64,000 nucleotides of DNA from a bacterium (GTDB taxonomy: Bacteria; UBA8248), in NCBI GenBank assembly GCA_965261085.1, contig OZ253442.1, forward strand, positions 1,472,001-1,536,000. The letters run 5' to 3'. Below the pieces are notes generated by a model. That model made no database searches. It had not been told where the DNA came from and was given only the letters and a program-made list of their open reading frames with translations. The position numbers and the translations under genes are program-made. Below are positions 13,993 through 24,542 of this stretch, in pieces (position 1 is the stretch's first letter; every line of letters starts with the position of its first letter).

Positions 13993-14346
13993 ATGCCGCG
14001 TTCGACAGGAAAACCGGCCGGTAGGGAGAGACATCGCAGGCTTCTCAAGAAAGCGAAGGGCTATCGCGGCGCGCGCTCGAAAAGGTTCCGCTCCGCCCGG
14101 GAGTCCGTGCTTCGCTCCCTCGCCTACGCCTATCGTGACCGCCGGGTGCGCAAGCGCGTGTTCAGGCGTCTTTGGAATGTTCGCATCAATGCGGCGGCCC
14201 GTCTGCATGGTCTCAATTACAGCCGTTTCATCTGGGGGCTGGGCCAGGCTGGCGTGGAGGTGAACCGCAAGATTCTGGCCGAATTGGCGATAGAAGACCC
14301 CCAGGCCTTCGGCAAACTCGTGGAAATCGCCAAGGCGCAGGCCTAG
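13993..14346 (+). CDS. rplT: 50S ribosomal protein L20
   Basis: [38 protein letters not shown]. Confidence 0.98.
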   Translation: MPRSTGKPAGRERHRRLLKKAKGYRGARSKRFRSARESVLRSLAYAYRDRRVRKRVFRRLWNVRINAAARLHGLNYSRFIWGLGQAGVEVNRKILAELAIEDPQAFGKLVEIAKAQA

Positions 14347-14369
14347 AGCCGGACGAGAAGAGGTGCTTC

Positions 14370-14400
14370 AGGCTCCACCCTGCCGGGTGGGGCCTTTTTT
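14370..14400 (+). terminator. Intrinsic terminator between rplT and pheS
   Basis: AGGCTCCACCC-TGCC-GGGTGGGGCCT followed by a T run. Confidence 0.75.
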
Positions 14401-14436
14401 ATGCGGCCCCGAATGGATGGGGGTAGAGGAAAAAGC

Positions 14437-15549
14437 ATGAGCGAAGACCGGCTTATCGATATTATTCGTGAATCCTCGAGCCTGGTGTCCGAGGCCTGGA
14501 CCGCTCGCGACGCGCAGGCGGCCGAGAACGCGCGCATCCGCTATCTGGGACGCAAGGGCGGTGCGCTCAACGAGGTGATGCGGGGTCTGAAGGATTTGCC
14601 CGCCGATGAGAAGCGCGTCGTCGGCCCACTTGCCAACTCCGTTCGCGCCTACATCGAGGCGAGCGTTTCGGCCATCAAGGAAGATGACAGGGAAAAGATA
14701 ATCGAAGCGCACCGCGCTCTCGGCGAGCGTCTCAGGGAAAGAGAGAGGGACGAGGCGTTGGGCGAGGAACTCGAGGGCAGGGCGAGTGAGATTCTTGGCG
14801 CCGGCGATGTCGCCGCCACTTCCCGTTCGCAGCTCGACCTCACGATTCCCGGGCGCTCGCCGCTCATCGGCCACGAGCATCCGCTCGTGCAGACGATGGA
14901 AGATTTGATCGAGGTGCTCACGCGCCTGGGCTATTCCGTGGCGGAAGGCCCTGAAGCGGAACTCGACTATTACAACTTTGAGGCCCTGAACATTCCCAAG
15001 GACCATCCGGCGCGCGACATGCAGGATACGTTTTATCTGAGCGGCGACGCTCTTTTGCGGACGCACACCTCGCCCGTCCAGATCCGGGTGATGGAGAACC
15101 AGGAGCCGCCTGTGAAGGTCATCGCTCCCGGTAAGGTGTTTCGCTGTGACGCCGACGTCACGCATTCGCCCATGTTTCACCAGATCGAGGGCCTGTACGT
15201 GGATGCGGGCGTGACGTTCGCCGACCTCAAGGGGACGCTTGAGGCCTTCGTGCGTGAGATTTTCGGGCCCGAGTACCGCGTGCGGCTCCGGCCCAGTTTT
15301 TTCCCGTTCACGGAGCCGAGCGTCGAGGTCGACATCGCCAGCGATTATGTGGCGGGCGGGGAATGGATGGAGGTTTTGGGCGCAGGGATGGTAGACCCGG
15401 CGGTCTTCGAGGCGGTGGGGTATGACCCCGAGCGATGGACCGGATTCGCCTGGGGCCTGGGCGTGGAGCGCATCACCATGCTGCGCTACGGCATCAGCGA
15501 CATCCGTCTTTTCTTTGAAAACGATTTGAGAATGTTGCGGCAATTCTGA
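14437..15549 (+). CDS. pheS: Phenylalanine--tRNA ligase alpha subunit
   Basis: HPARDMQDTF, LRTHTSPVQ, FFPFTEPS, GFAWGLGVER; ATG at 14437 with AGAGG SD. Confidence 0.97.
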   Translation: MSEDRLIDIIRESSSLVSEAWTARDAQAAENARIRYLGRKGGALNEVMRGLKDLPADEKRVVGPLANSVRAYIEASVSAIKEDDREKIIEAHRALGERLRERERDEALGEELEGRASEILGAGDVAATSRSQLDLTIPGRSPLIGHEHPLVQTMEDLIEVLTRLGYSVAEGPEAELDYYNFEALNIPKDHPARDMQDTFYLSGDALLRTHTSPVQIRVMENQEPPVKVIAPGKVFRCDADVTHSPMFHQIEGLYVDAGVTFADLKGTLEAFVREIFGPEYRVRLRPSFFPFTEPSVEVDIASDYVAGGEWMEVLGAGMVDPAVFEAVGYDPERWTGFAWGLGVERITMLRYGISDIRLFFENDLRMLRQF

Positions 15550-15582
15550 ATTTCAGGATTGGCCGCGCGATGAGGAACCCCG

Positions 15583-17994
15583 ATGCGGATTAGCCTGGAG
15601 TGGCTCGCCGATTTTATCGATTTAGACCTCGAAGATGCCGAACTGCCCGAACGCCTGGCGAACGGGCTTCTGCTCGCCGGCCTGGAAGTCGAAGCGCTCG
15701 AACGCCCCGAGGCGGCGTTCGACGGGCTGGTGGTGGCTGAAGTCTTGTCCGTGGCGCCACATCCCAACGCGGACAGGCTGAAAGTCTGCCGCGTGGCCGA
15801 TGGCGCGGGAGAGCGCTCCGTGGTGTGCGGTGCGCCCAACGTCGCGGCGGGCAGGCGCGTCGTCCTGGCCACCCCGGGGGTGCGGATGCCGGGGGGGATG
15901 AAGGTTGAAATCGCGCGGATTCGCGGTGAGCAGAGCGAGGGGATGATCTGCTCGGAGCGCGAACTCGGCCTGGGGACGGATCATAGCGGCGTCATGGTGC
16001 TCTCAGACGCGCACGTTATCGGGAGCGACGCGGCGGAGCTTCTGGGGCTGAACGATGTGATTTTCGATATTTCGATTACGCCGAACCGCGCAGATTGCCT
16101 CTCTGTCCTGGGCGTGGCGCGCGAGGCGGCGGCCCTTTTGGGAACCTCGCTGCGCATGCCCGAGATTTCCGTCGAAGAGGATGAGGACGTTTCCGCGGCT
16201 TCGGTCTGCGCGGTGGAGATATGGGACCCGGATAAATGCCCGCGCTACGCCGCCCGCATCATCCAGGGCGTTCGAATCGGCCCATCGCCCAGGTGGATGG
16301 CGCGGCGCCTGCGGGCGGCAGGGATGCGGCCGATCAACAACGTGGTCGACGTGACGAACTACGTGATGCTTTCCCTGGGTCAGCCGCTCCATGCGTTCGA
16401 CCTGCACCGTTTGGCTGAGCAGAAAATCATCGTGCGAAGGTGGGCCGAGAGCGATGGCCCCTTCACCACGCTCGACGGCCAGCAGCGCGAGATGGACGAT
16501 GAGGATCTCATGATCTGTGACGGTGAAAAGCCCGTTGCCATCGGCGGCGTGATGGGGGGTCTCGACTCCGAGGTGAGCGACGACACTCGGGATATCCTTC
16601 TCGAGAGCGCATATTTCACGCCCCAGACCATCCGGCGCACCCGCAGGCGTCTGGGCATGTCCACGGAGGCGTCGTATAGATTCGAGCGTGGGGTGGACCC
16701 CTCGGGCGCCGTTCGAGCGGCGGATCTGGCCGCCGAACTCATTCGCCAGACGGCGGGCGGCGTCATCGCCCAAGGTGCGGTGGATGCGCATCCCGCGCCC
16801 ATCGCGCCGAAGCAGGTGCCGATTCGGGTGGCGCGCGCATCGAGCCTGCTCGGCATATCGCTGGATGCTTCCCGGGTCAGGGAGACCCTCGAATCCTTGG
16901 GGTTTCTCGTGAGCAAGAAAGAAGACGGCGTTTTTAGCGTCGAGGTACCCACTTTCCGGCCGGACATCGAACGCGAGATCGACCTGATCGAAGAGGTGGG
17001 CAGAAGGGTGGGGTATGAGAATATTCCCGCTACCCTGCCGGCTTCTGGAAACCCCGCCGCAAGGCCGACCCGCACCCGCTCCCTGGAGCTTCAGGCGCGC
17101 CGGATCATGGTGGCCGGCGGATTCAGCGAAGCGCTCAACTATAGCTTCGTCAGCAGAGAGGCTCTGCGGGGCATGGAATGGCGCGATGAACAGATGGTGG
17201 CGCTGCGCAATCCCCTGAGCGGTGAGATGGACGTGCTCAGAACCACCCTGCTCGCCGGTTTGCTTGCGAACGTGGCGCACAATCTGAGCCGTGGGGTGGG
17301 TGAGATTCGCCTGTTCGAGTTGGGGCGCTCGTTTCATCCCGTGAATGGAGAATCCTTGCCGGATCAGGTATTGCGCATGACCGGCGTCGTCGTCGGGAGC
17401 GAGGTGTCTCAAGACAGCGTGTCGCTTCCGGGAGCTTTGTCGGAACTCAAAGGGGTGCTCGAACGCTTCCTGGAATCCTTGAAGCTGGAGAACCTTCTGT
17501 TCGAGCCGGTCGACGCCGCTCCGGGTTGGGAGCCGTCGGCGGTTTCTAGGATTCTTGCCGGCGGCGTGTCGCTCGGCCACGTCGGTTTGGTGGCGCCCGA
17601 GGCGTTGGGCGTCTGGGACATCGAGACGGGCGTATCCGCTTTTGAGATAAACCTCGCCGCATTGGCCGAAATCGACCCCGCCCCCCGTCGCCTGACGCCC
17701 TTGCCGAGGTACCCGGCCTCTCTGCGCGATCTGGCGGTGGTGGTGGATGCCGCGCGGACCAATGGGGAGATTGAGGAGATCATCCGCCAAGAGGGCGGAA
17801 AATGGCTCGAGTCGGTGAATTTGTTCGACGTCTATCAGGATGTCGCCCTGAAGGCCTCGGGAGAGAAGAGCCTGGCGTATTCGCTGGTGTTCCGCCACCC
17901 CGAGGCGACGCTCACCGATGAGCAGGTCAGCGAGGCATTCGATGGAATCGTAGGGGCTTTGGGTGCGCGTCTGGGCGCGCGACTTCGTTCGTGA
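15583..17994 (+). CDS. pheT: Phenylalanine--tRNA ligase beta subunit
   Basis: HPNADRL, VCGAPN, TPNRADCLS, RFERGVDP, DLIEEVGR, FDX-ACB C-terminus. Confidence 0.97.
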   Translation: MRISLEWLADFIDLDLEDAELPERLANGLLLAGLEVEALERPEAAFDGLVVAEVLSVAPHPNADRLKVCRVADGAGERSVVCGAPNVAAGRRVVLATPGVRMPGGMKVEIARIRGEQSEGMICSERELGLGTDHSGVMVLSDAHVIGSDAAELLGLNDVIFDISITPNRADCLSVLGVAREAAALLGTSLRMPEISVEEDEDVSAASVCAVEIWDPDKCPRYAARIIQGVRIGPSPRWMARRLRAAGMRPINNVVDVTNYVMLSLGQPLHAFDLHRLAEQKIIVRRWAESDGPFTTLDGQQREMDDEDLMICDGEKPVAIGGVMGGLDSEVSDDTRDILLESAYFTPQTIRRTRRRLGMSTEASYRFERGVDPSGAVRAADLAAELIRQTAGGVIAQGAVDAHPAPIAPKQVPIRVARASSLLGISLDASRVRETLESLGFLVSKKEDGVFSVEVPTFRPDIEREIDLIEEVGRRVGYENIPATLPASGNPAARPTRTRSLELQARRIMVAGGFSEALNYSFVSREALRGMEWRDEQMVALRNPLSGEMDVLRTTLLAGLLANVAHNLSRGVGEIRLFELGRSFHPVNGESLPDQVLRMTGVVVGSEVSQDSVSLPGALSELKGVLERFLESLKLENLLFEPVDAAPGWEPSAVSRILAGGVSLGHVGLVAPEALGVWDIETGVSAFEINLAALAEIDPAPRRLTPLPRYPASLRDLAVVVDAARTNGEIEEIIRQEGGKWLESVNLFDVYQDVALKASGEKSLAYSLVFRHPEATLTDEQVSEAFDGIVGALGARLGARLRS

Positions 17995-18002
17995 TGGTTT
18001 CC

Positions 18003-18031
18003 TTGACACTCTTCTTTGCCGAACTTAGAAT
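18003..18031 (+). promoter_or_regulatory. Sigma70-type promoter upstream of zapB/zapA
   Basis: TTGACA-17 bp-TAGAAT. Confidence 0.7.
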
Positions 18032-18087
18032 TATCCATATTCGTTAACCGCGATTCTATTTCTTGCGCCCTTGGAAAGAGTGTCTGA

Positions 18088-18342
18088 ATGGTCATCGACA
18101 AATTGAACGCGCTCGAAACCGCGCTCTCGAATCTTTTGGAGGAACGCGATGCCCTGAGGCGCTCTCGGGCGGAGTTGGAGTCGCAACTCCAGAGGTTGAG
18201 AGAAGAGGCCCGCACTGACTCCGAGTCCGTGCGGGCCCAGGCCGATGAGTTGGCGAAATGCCAGTCGGAAAACGAGCGGCTTCAAAATGAGCAGGCCGAG
18301 GTTCGAGAGCGAGTGGAGAAGATTCTGACGCACATCGAGTAG
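18088..18342 (+). CDS. zapB: ZapB-like coiled-coil cell division protein
   Basis: 84-aa coiled coil ending VRERVEKIL, directly upstream of zapA. Confidence 0.65.
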   Translation: MVIDKLNALETALSNLLEERDALRRSRAELESQLQRLREEARTDSESVRAQADELAKCQSENERLQNEQAEVRERVEKILTHIE

Positions 18343-18354
18343 TTCGTTGAAAGT

Positions 18355-18663
18355 ATGCAGGACAACGGCATAAGGAGACAGCTTATGGCCGGGGAGAATA
18401 AATTCGTGGTGGAGATCTTTGGTCATTCCTTGAACCTGAGAAGTTCGGCCAACGCCGAATATACGTTGGAACTCGCCGAATATGTTGATTCTCAAATTCA
18501 CAAGGTCTCGCGCCAGTCGAACGATCCGATCAAGGTCGTTCTGCTGGCGTCGATGAACATCGCCAATGAGTTGTTTGAGGAGAGAGAAGCGAAAGAAAAA
18601 AGTGAGGAAGCCCTCTCACAACGCGCTGATTCTCTGTTGGAGATGGTGAAAAGAGTGGACTGA
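18355..18663 (+). CDS. zapA: Cell division protein ZapA
   Basis: VEIFGHSLNL..LAEYVD..VVLLASMNIANEL; start may be 18385. Confidence 0.88.
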   Translation: MQDNGIRRQLMAGENKFVVEIFGHSLNLRSSANAEYTLELAEYVDSQIHKVSRQSNDPIKVVLLASMNIANELFEEREAKEKSEEALSQRADSLLEMVKRVD

Positions 18664-18740
18664 GCAGAAGTTTCTCCCCACGCCAGTAGCTTTTCCTTGT
18701 ATTCATCCCCTGGTTTTAGTGTCATAATACTTCTTTGCTT

Positions 18741-18920
18741 TGGCCCTGCCGTGTTCGTGATGAGGGAAAGCATTTTGACCCAGTACTATTGTACCGGGAG
18801 TCCTGCCCCACGGTGGTGAGCTATTCCTCTCGGGGAGTTCGGCCTAAAGCCATGGACGTGGACGCCCACCTGGCGAAAGCTGGGTTCAAAGCGAACCTCA
18901 CACGGCACAAGGCGGGGTCA
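18741..18920 (+). ncRNA. ssrS: 6S RNA
   Basis: Conserved zapA-ssrS-ygfA position. 5' CCCTGCCGTGTTCG pairs with 3' GGCGGGGTCA; TTTTGACCCAG...CTGGGTTCAAA, GGGAG/CCCACC elements; about 180 nt; TG-T-CATAAT extended -10 upstream. Confidence 0.88.
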
Positions 18921-19001
18921 TTACTGACATGGACCTCGAGTCCGAGATAGGGTTTCCGCTTCTGATCGTGAGGACTCGGGTGTGTCGTTGTAAGAGAGTT
19001 C

Positions 19002-19619
19002 ATGGCCGAATCAAACATGGAGAAACGTGACGTTCGGCTGAAAATGAAGGAGATGAGAGAACAACTCCCCCCTGCCGAGACTGGCGCGTTGAGTCGCCTG
19101 GCGGGACGGCGCCTGGATTCTTTTCTGGTCTTCATGGGCGCGAGCAGGGTGGGAATATATGCGGCGGTTCGCGGTGAGATGGACTTCTCGTCGCTCTGGA
19201 ATGAAGGCAGCGATGCGAAAAGAATATTTTATTTTCCCAGGGTGGAAAAAGATGTTTTGCACTTCTGCCCGGTGAATCATCCCGAGTCGGAGCTTCAGTC
19301 GGGTACGCTTCAAATTCCAGAACCTGTTCGCGATATCCCCCCCCTGGATGTGAATGAATTGGATGTGGTCATTATCCCCGGCCTCGCATTCGATCTGTAT
19401 GGCGGTCGGCTGGGAACCGGCGGTGGATTCTACGATCGCACTTTTCAGGGTCGCCGCGGCGGACCGAATGGGTCCGGCCCTCTTCTGGTGGGCGCTGGCT
19501 ATGCGTTTCAGTTGCTCATTGGTGAGTCCTGGAAGTGGGACGCCTGGGATGTCGGCGTTGATTGGGTGATAACCGATCGGGGGGCGCTGCTTTGCCTCCC
19601 ACGTGAATATATGCCCTAG
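19002..19619 (+). CDS. ygfA: 5-formyltetrahydrofolate cyclo-ligase
   Basis: IPGLAFD..GGRLGTGGGFYDR; follows 6S RNA. Confidence 0.92.
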   Translation: MAESNMEKRDVRLKMKEMREQLPPAETGALSRLAGRRLDSFLVFMGASRVGIYAAVRGEMDFSSLWNEGSDAKRIFYFPRVEKDVLHFCPVNHPESELQSGTLQIPEPVRDIPPLDVNELDVVIIPGLAFDLYGGRLGTGGGFYDRTFQGRRGGPNGSGPLLVGAGYAFQLLIGESWKWDAWDVGVDWVITDRGALLCLPREYMP

Positions 19620-19628
19620 GAGGCGAAT

Positions 19629-21212
19629 ATGGATAACGTGGTTTTGTTGCAGATAGTCGTTGTTGCCGTTGCCGTCGTATGCGTGGCGGTGCTCTTGAGC
19701 ATGCGGGGAATGAAGCGCCGGCATGAAGAGATGACGTCCCGCCTGGAGGCGGACGCCGACAAGCGGATTCAGCAGATTAACGAGAGCGCAGCCAAAGAAC
19801 TCTCGCAAAAGATTCAGGAATCGCAGGTAGCGCACAAGGCGGAATTGCTGCAGGAAAGAGAGCGCATCGAGCGGGAGAACAAAACCCGCGTGGATGAGCT
19901 TCAGAAACTCGAACAAAGGGTGATCCAGCGCGAAGAGATGCTGGACAGGCGCCGAGAGAGCCTCGACGGCAAGGAGGCGGCCGTTGAGCGCCGCGATGCC
20001 GAATTGGGTGAAAAAGAACAGGACTTGAGGCGTCAGGAGGCGCGCTACAGACAACTGCAGGAGGAGGAGATCAAGAAGCTGGAGGAGATTTCCGGCCTCA
20101 GCGTCGAAAACGCGAAGAAAGAGCTCCAGGATCGCTTCATGGAGGAGGCGAAACAGGATATTGCCGCCGAGGTGCAGCGTCTCGAACGCCGGGCGAGGAA
20201 TACCGTCGATACCGAGGCGAAAAAAGCGCTTGCCCTCGCCGTGGAGCGTTTCTCTTCCGAACACGTTGCGGAAAACCTGGTGAGCGTGGTGGATTTGCCG
20301 ACCGATGAGATGAAAGGCCGCATCATCGGTCGCGAGGGCAGGAACATACGCGCCCTGGAGATGGCGACCGGCGTGGACGTGATCATCGACGATACGCCCG
20401 AGGCCGTCGTCGTCTCGGGCTTCGACAAGGTTCGCCGTGAGACGGCGCGCCTGGCGCTCGAAGCGCTCGTGCAGGACGGGAGAATCCACCCGGGCAGAAT
20501 CGAGGACATCGTCAACAAGACGAAAAAAGACATCGACACGCAGATACGTCAGGCTGGCGAGGAGGCCGTCATGGAGCTTGGGATCGGCGATGTGCATCCC
20601 GAACTCGTGAAGCTGCTGGGGCGTCTCAAATACCGCACGAGCTACAGCCAGAACGCGCTGATGCACTCCAAGGAAGTGGCCTATCTCGCCGGGATGCTGG
20701 CGGACGAGTTGCGCATTGACTCCGCGATGGCGAAGCGCGCCGGCTTGTTTCACGACATCGGCAAGGCGGCGACGCACGAGGTCGAGGGCTCCCACGTCCA
20801 GATAGGCTACGACATCGCCAAGCGCTACAACGAGCCGCCCGAGGTTCTCAACGCCATTGTTTCGCACCATGAGGATGAGGAGGCGAATTGCATCGAATCC
20901 GTCCTGGTGAAGGCGGCCGATACGCTCTCCGCCGCCCGTCCGGGGGCGAGGCGCGAGATGGTGGAGAGCTACATTAAGCGCCTGGAGGCGCTGGAGAAGA
21001 TCGCCGAATCCTTCAAGGGCGTGGAGAAGTGCTTCGCCATCCAGGCGGGCCGGGAGATTCGCGTGTCGGTCCTGCCCGATGAGATCACCGACTCGCAGGC
21101 TACTTTCCTGGCGCGGGACATCGCCAAGAGAATCGAGAGCGAGCGAACGTATCCGGGTGAAATTCTCGTCACCGTCATCCGGGAAACCCGCCATATGGCC
21201 ACGGCGCGTTGA
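19629..21212 (+). CDS. rny: Ribonuclease Y
   Basis: N-terminal TM, coiled coil, KH ([14 protein letters not shown]), HD (HDIGK), SAARPGAR. Confidence 0.97.
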   Translation: MDNVVLLQIVVVAVAVVCVAVLLSMRGMKRRHEEMTSRLEADADKRIQQINESAAKELSQKIQESQVAHKAELLQERERIERENKTRVDELQKLEQRVIQREEMLDRRRESLDGKEAAVERRDAELGEKEQDLRRQEARYRQLQEEEIKKLEEISGLSVENAKKELQDRFMEEAKQDIAAEVQRLERRARNTVDTEAKKALALAVERFSSEHVAENLVSVVDLPTDEMKGRIIGREGRNIRALEMATGVDVIIDDTPEAVVVSGFDKVRRETARLALEALVQDGRIHPGRIEDIVNKTKKDIDTQIRQAGEEAVMELGIGDVHPELVKLLGRLKYRTSYSQNALMHSKEVAYLAGMLADELRIDSAMAKRAGLFHDIGKAATHEVEGSHVQIGYDIAKRYNEPPEVLNAIVSHHEDEEANCIESVLVKAADTLSAARPGARREMVESYIKRLEALEKIAESFKGVEKCFAIQAGREIRVSVLPDEITDSQATFLARDIAKRIESERTYPGEILVTVIRETRHMATAR

Positions 21213-21219
21213 GGTTGTC

Positions 21220-22005
21220 TTGAGGCTTCTGTTCATCGGAGACGTCACGGGAAAGGTGGGCCGCCGGATGGCCTGTGCCCACATGGGCGCACTCAGGGAA
21301 AAACACGCGGTGGACGTGTGCGTCATTAACGGAGAGAACGCAGCCGGCGGCTTCGGGATCAACAACGCCCATGTCGATGAGTTGCTAGATGCGGGCGCGG
21401 ACGTCATCACCTCGGGGAATCACATCTGGAATCGCAAGGAGACGGCCGAATTCATCTTGCGTGAACCCCGCTTGCTCAGGCCCGGGAACTATCCTCCCCG
21501 AACGCCGGGCAAGGGCGTCTACGTGCTGGAATGCGCAAAAGGACCCCTCGCCGTCTTGAACCTCATGGGCCGCGTTTTCATGCCGCCTATTGAATGTCCT
21601 TTCAGGGAAGCCGATGAACTCATTAGACGGGTGGGTCATGAGACGAAAATGATCGTGGTCGATTTTCACGCGGAAGCCACGAGCGAGAAGGTGGCGATGG
21701 GTTGGCATCTCAACGGTCGCGTGAGCGCCGTCTTCGGTACGCATACCCACATTCAAACGGCGGACGAGCGGGTGCTGCCCAAGGGCACGGCTTTTATTAC
21801 GGACGTCGGCATGACGGGACCGCGCAATTCCATCATTGGTATGAAAACGGAGATTGTTCTGGATAAATTTCTATCGGGACTTCCCCGCCGTTTCGAGGTG
21901 GCCGGAGGAGTGGGGCAACTCAACGGCGCGCTCGTCGAGATGGCCCCGGATACCGGAAAGGCTCTTTCCATCGAACGTATCCAGGTGCTTGAGGGAGAGC
22001 GTTAG
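21220..22005 (+). CDS. ymdB: YmdB/TIGR00282-type metallophosphoesterase
   Basis: TTG start at 21220; LFIGDV.G, NGEN, TSGNH, DFHAEATSEK, GTHTH; follows rny. Confidence 0.93.
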   Translation: MRLLFIGDVTGKVGRRMACAHMGALREKHAVDVCVINGENAAGGFGINNAHVDELLDAGADVITSGNHIWNRKETAEFILREPRLLRPGNYPPRTPGKGVYVLECAKGPLAVLNLMGRVFMPPIECPFREADELIRRVGHETKMIVVDFHAEATSEKVAMGWHLNGRVSAVFGTHTHIQTADERVLPKGTAFITDVGMTGPRNSIIGMKTEIVLDKFLSGLPRRFEVAGGVGQLNGALVEMAPDTGKALSIERIQVLEGER

Positions 22006-22042
22006 CGATTGCGCCTGCTTCCCCTACATCCCGGTGAAGGCT

Positions 22043-22648
22043 TCAGCGTCCGTTTCTATGGGTGGACTTCTCGTAGTCGGTGATGGCGAATTTCGAGGGT
22101 TTGTCTTTTTTGAGAAATGCAAGTAATCGCTTCAGGCGCCATCTGAGAGAGCGCGACCCCAGGAAGGCCTGTTTTTCCCTCAGCGGCAGTCTGAGGGCCT
22201 CGGCGACGGCGAAGGAGAGGTGGAACGGGTCTTTCAGCAACTCTTCGGGCAGGTTCGGGGGCGTCGGCCCGCTTTCCTTGAGGGTGTTCCACACCATTCG
22301 GCACAATGACGTGGGGTTCTCCACTTCTTCATCATCAAAGTCGCTCGCCTCTCCCTCGAAGTAGGGTCGGGTGTCATATATGCGGAGAACCTCGAAGCGT
22401 TGCCCGCCTCTGGTGAGGATGTTCATCCTGCCGTCGGGGAATTTGTCTAGTATTTCGACGATGTGGGCGACGCATCCGATTTTGTGGATGCCGTTTTTTC
22501 CCACTAGGACGATGCCGAAGGGCGCGTGATTCTCCATGCACTCGCCGATCATGGTTTTGTAGCGTTCCTCGAAGATGTGTAGGGGCAGGTGCTGACCCGG
22601 CAAGAGTACGACCTGAAGCGGAAACAGGGGCAGGCGATAGGTAGTCAT
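22043..22648 (-). CDS. LON peptidase substrate-binding (N-terminal) domain protein
   Basis: LPLFPL.VVLLPG..LPLHIFEERY; no ATPase or protease domain. Confidence 0.9.
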   Translation of the reverse strand: MTTYRLPLFPLQVVLLPGQHLPLHIFEERYKTMIGECMENHAPFGIVLVGKNGIHKIGCVAHIVEILDKFPDGRMNILTRGGQRFEVLRIYDTRPYFEGEASDFDDEEVENPTSLCRMVWNTLKESGPTPPNLPEELLKDPFHLSFAVAEALRLPLREKQAFLGSRSLRWRLKRLLAFLKKDKPSKFAITDYEKSTHRNGR

Positions 22649-22846
22649 GAGAAAAGTGTAACCTGAATGATTCGATTTTGGAATTCCCGAGAAATTCTCA
22701 GGAGACGCAACGCTCGGCGCATATCGCTCTGGGCAGGAGTCTTGCAACCTACCTCAAGCTGGCCTGATTGCGCGTGAATATGGTATTTTGTTCTCTCTTG
22801 AAACTAAGGCGTCATTCGGATTTTCGTTTTTTGAGGGTTTCCCACG

Positions 22847-24475
22847 ATGAGCGAGCCGAGCATCGCCATGGCCCAAAGGGCCTGGAGCAAGCCTGCGGAG
22901 GAAGGGGGTAAAACCACCCTCTCGGGCATCGCTTTGCCGGCGTTTTTCGGTTCAGGAGAGGTGGATTCGGAAAGTCTCGATGAAAAGCCGGGCGCGCATC
23001 CCTACACGCGCGGCATCTACGGGAACATGTACCGGGGCAGGCTCTGGACGATGCGCCAATACGCCGGTTTCGGCAGCGCGAGAGAGAGCAACCACCGCTA
23101 CCGCTACCTTCTCGATCACGGGCAGATGGGAATTTCCGTGGCGTTCGATCTGCCCACCCAGATTGGCTACGACCCGGATCATCCCCTGGTGTACGGTGAA
23201 GTGGGCCGCGTGGGGGTGTCCATCGCTTCTATCGAGGACATGGAAATTCTGCTGGAGGACATTCCTCTGGATAAGATTTCCACGTCGATGACCATCAACG
23301 CCACCGCCCCCATTTTGCTGGCCTTGTACGTCGCGGTGGCCGAGATGCACGGTATTCCCTCCGAAGCGCTTCGCGGAACCGTCCAGAACGACATTTTGAA
23401 AGAATACATCTCGCGCGGAACCTATATTTATCCGCCCGAGCCGAGCCTGCGCCTTATCACCGATACCATGGAGTTCTGTAAGGAGAGGGTGCCCAAGTGG
23501 AACGCCATATCGATCAGCGGCTACCATATCCGTGAGGCGGGCTCCACGGCCGTCCAGGAGGTCGCATTCACGCTCGCGAACGCTATCACCTATGTGGAGG
23601 CCGCGGTGGACTCAGGCCTGAACGTGGATGAGCTCGGCTCGCACGTCTCATTTTTCTTCAACGTCCACAATCACTTTTTGGAGGAAATCGCAAAATTCCG
23701 CGCCGCGCGCAGGCTTTGGGCGCGGATCATGCGAGAGCGGTTCGGGGCGCGCTCGGAGAAGGCCTGTATGCTGCGGTTTCATTCCCAGACCGCCGGCAGC
23801 GCGCTGACCGCCCAGCAGCCGAAGAACAACGTCGTGCGCGTCGCTCTTCAGGCGATGGCCGCCGTGCTGGGGGGCACGCAGTCGCTTCACACGAATTCGA
23901 TGGATGAGGCGCTTTCCCTGCCCACGGAGGATGCGGCGAAGCTCGCGCTCAGAACCCAGCAGATACTCGCCGAGGAATCGAACGTGCCGAACGTGGCGGA
24001 CCCGTGCGGCGGGGCGTACGCCATCGAAGCGCTGACGTCGGAGATCGTCTCCCGGGCGGAGGAGATAATTCGGCAAATCGACGATTCCGGCGGCATGCTC
24101 CGCGCCATCGAAACGGGGTGGGTGCAGCGCCAGATTCAGGAGAGCGCCTATGCCTACCAGCGCCTCGTGGATGAGGGAGAGGTGGTCGTCGTCGGCGTGA
24201 ACCGCTATCAACAAGAAGAAGAGGCCGGCATCTCGACGCTCCAGATTCGCCCGGAAGTCGAGGGGGAACAAAAAGAACGCGTCGCCTCGCTCAAGAGGAA
24301 GCGCCATGCCGCGGACACGAGCGAGGCGCTGGAATCCCTGCGCCGGGCGGCCGGGAGTGATGACAATCTTCTGCCCTACATCCTGAGGGCGGTGAAGGCC
24401 CAGTCCACCGTCGGGGAAATCGCGGATACTATGCGCGAAGTATTCGGCCTTTATCAACAAGACGTTGCCATCTAA
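22847..24475 (+). CDS. Methylmalonyl-CoA mutase family, large (substrate-binding) subunit
   Basis: [46 protein letters not shown]; lacks the DxHxxG B12 domain. Confidence 0.92.
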   Translation: MSEPSIAMAQRAWSKPAEEGGKTTLSGIALPAFFGSGEVDSESLDEKPGAHPYTRGIYGNMYRGRLWTMRQYAGFGSARESNHRYRYLLDHGQMGISVAFDLPTQIGYDPDHPLVYGEVGRVGVSIASIEDMEILLEDIPLDKISTSMTINATAPILLALYVAVAEMHGIPSEALRGTVQNDILKEYISRGTYIYPPEPSLRLITDTMEFCKERVPKWNAISISGYHIREAGSTAVQEVAFTLANAITYVEAAVDSGLNVDELGSHVSFFFNVHNHFLEEIAKFRAARRLWARIMRERFGARSEKACMLRFHSQTAGSALTAQQPKNNVVRVALQAMAAVLGGTQSLHTNSMDEALSLPTEDAAKLALRTQQILAEESNVPNVADPCGGAYAIEALTSEIVSRAEEIIRQIDDSGGMLRAIETGWVQRQIQESAYAYQRLVDEGEVVVVGVNRYQQEEEAGISTLQIRPEVEGEQKERVASLKRKRHAADTSEALESLRRAAGSDDNLLPYILRAVKAQSTVGEIADTMREVFGLYQQDVAI

Positions 24476-24542
24476 GGCGGAGCAGGTCATATCTTGCCGC
24501 TGAAATTTTGATATCAGGTGCGTCATTTGGAGAAATCAGCAT

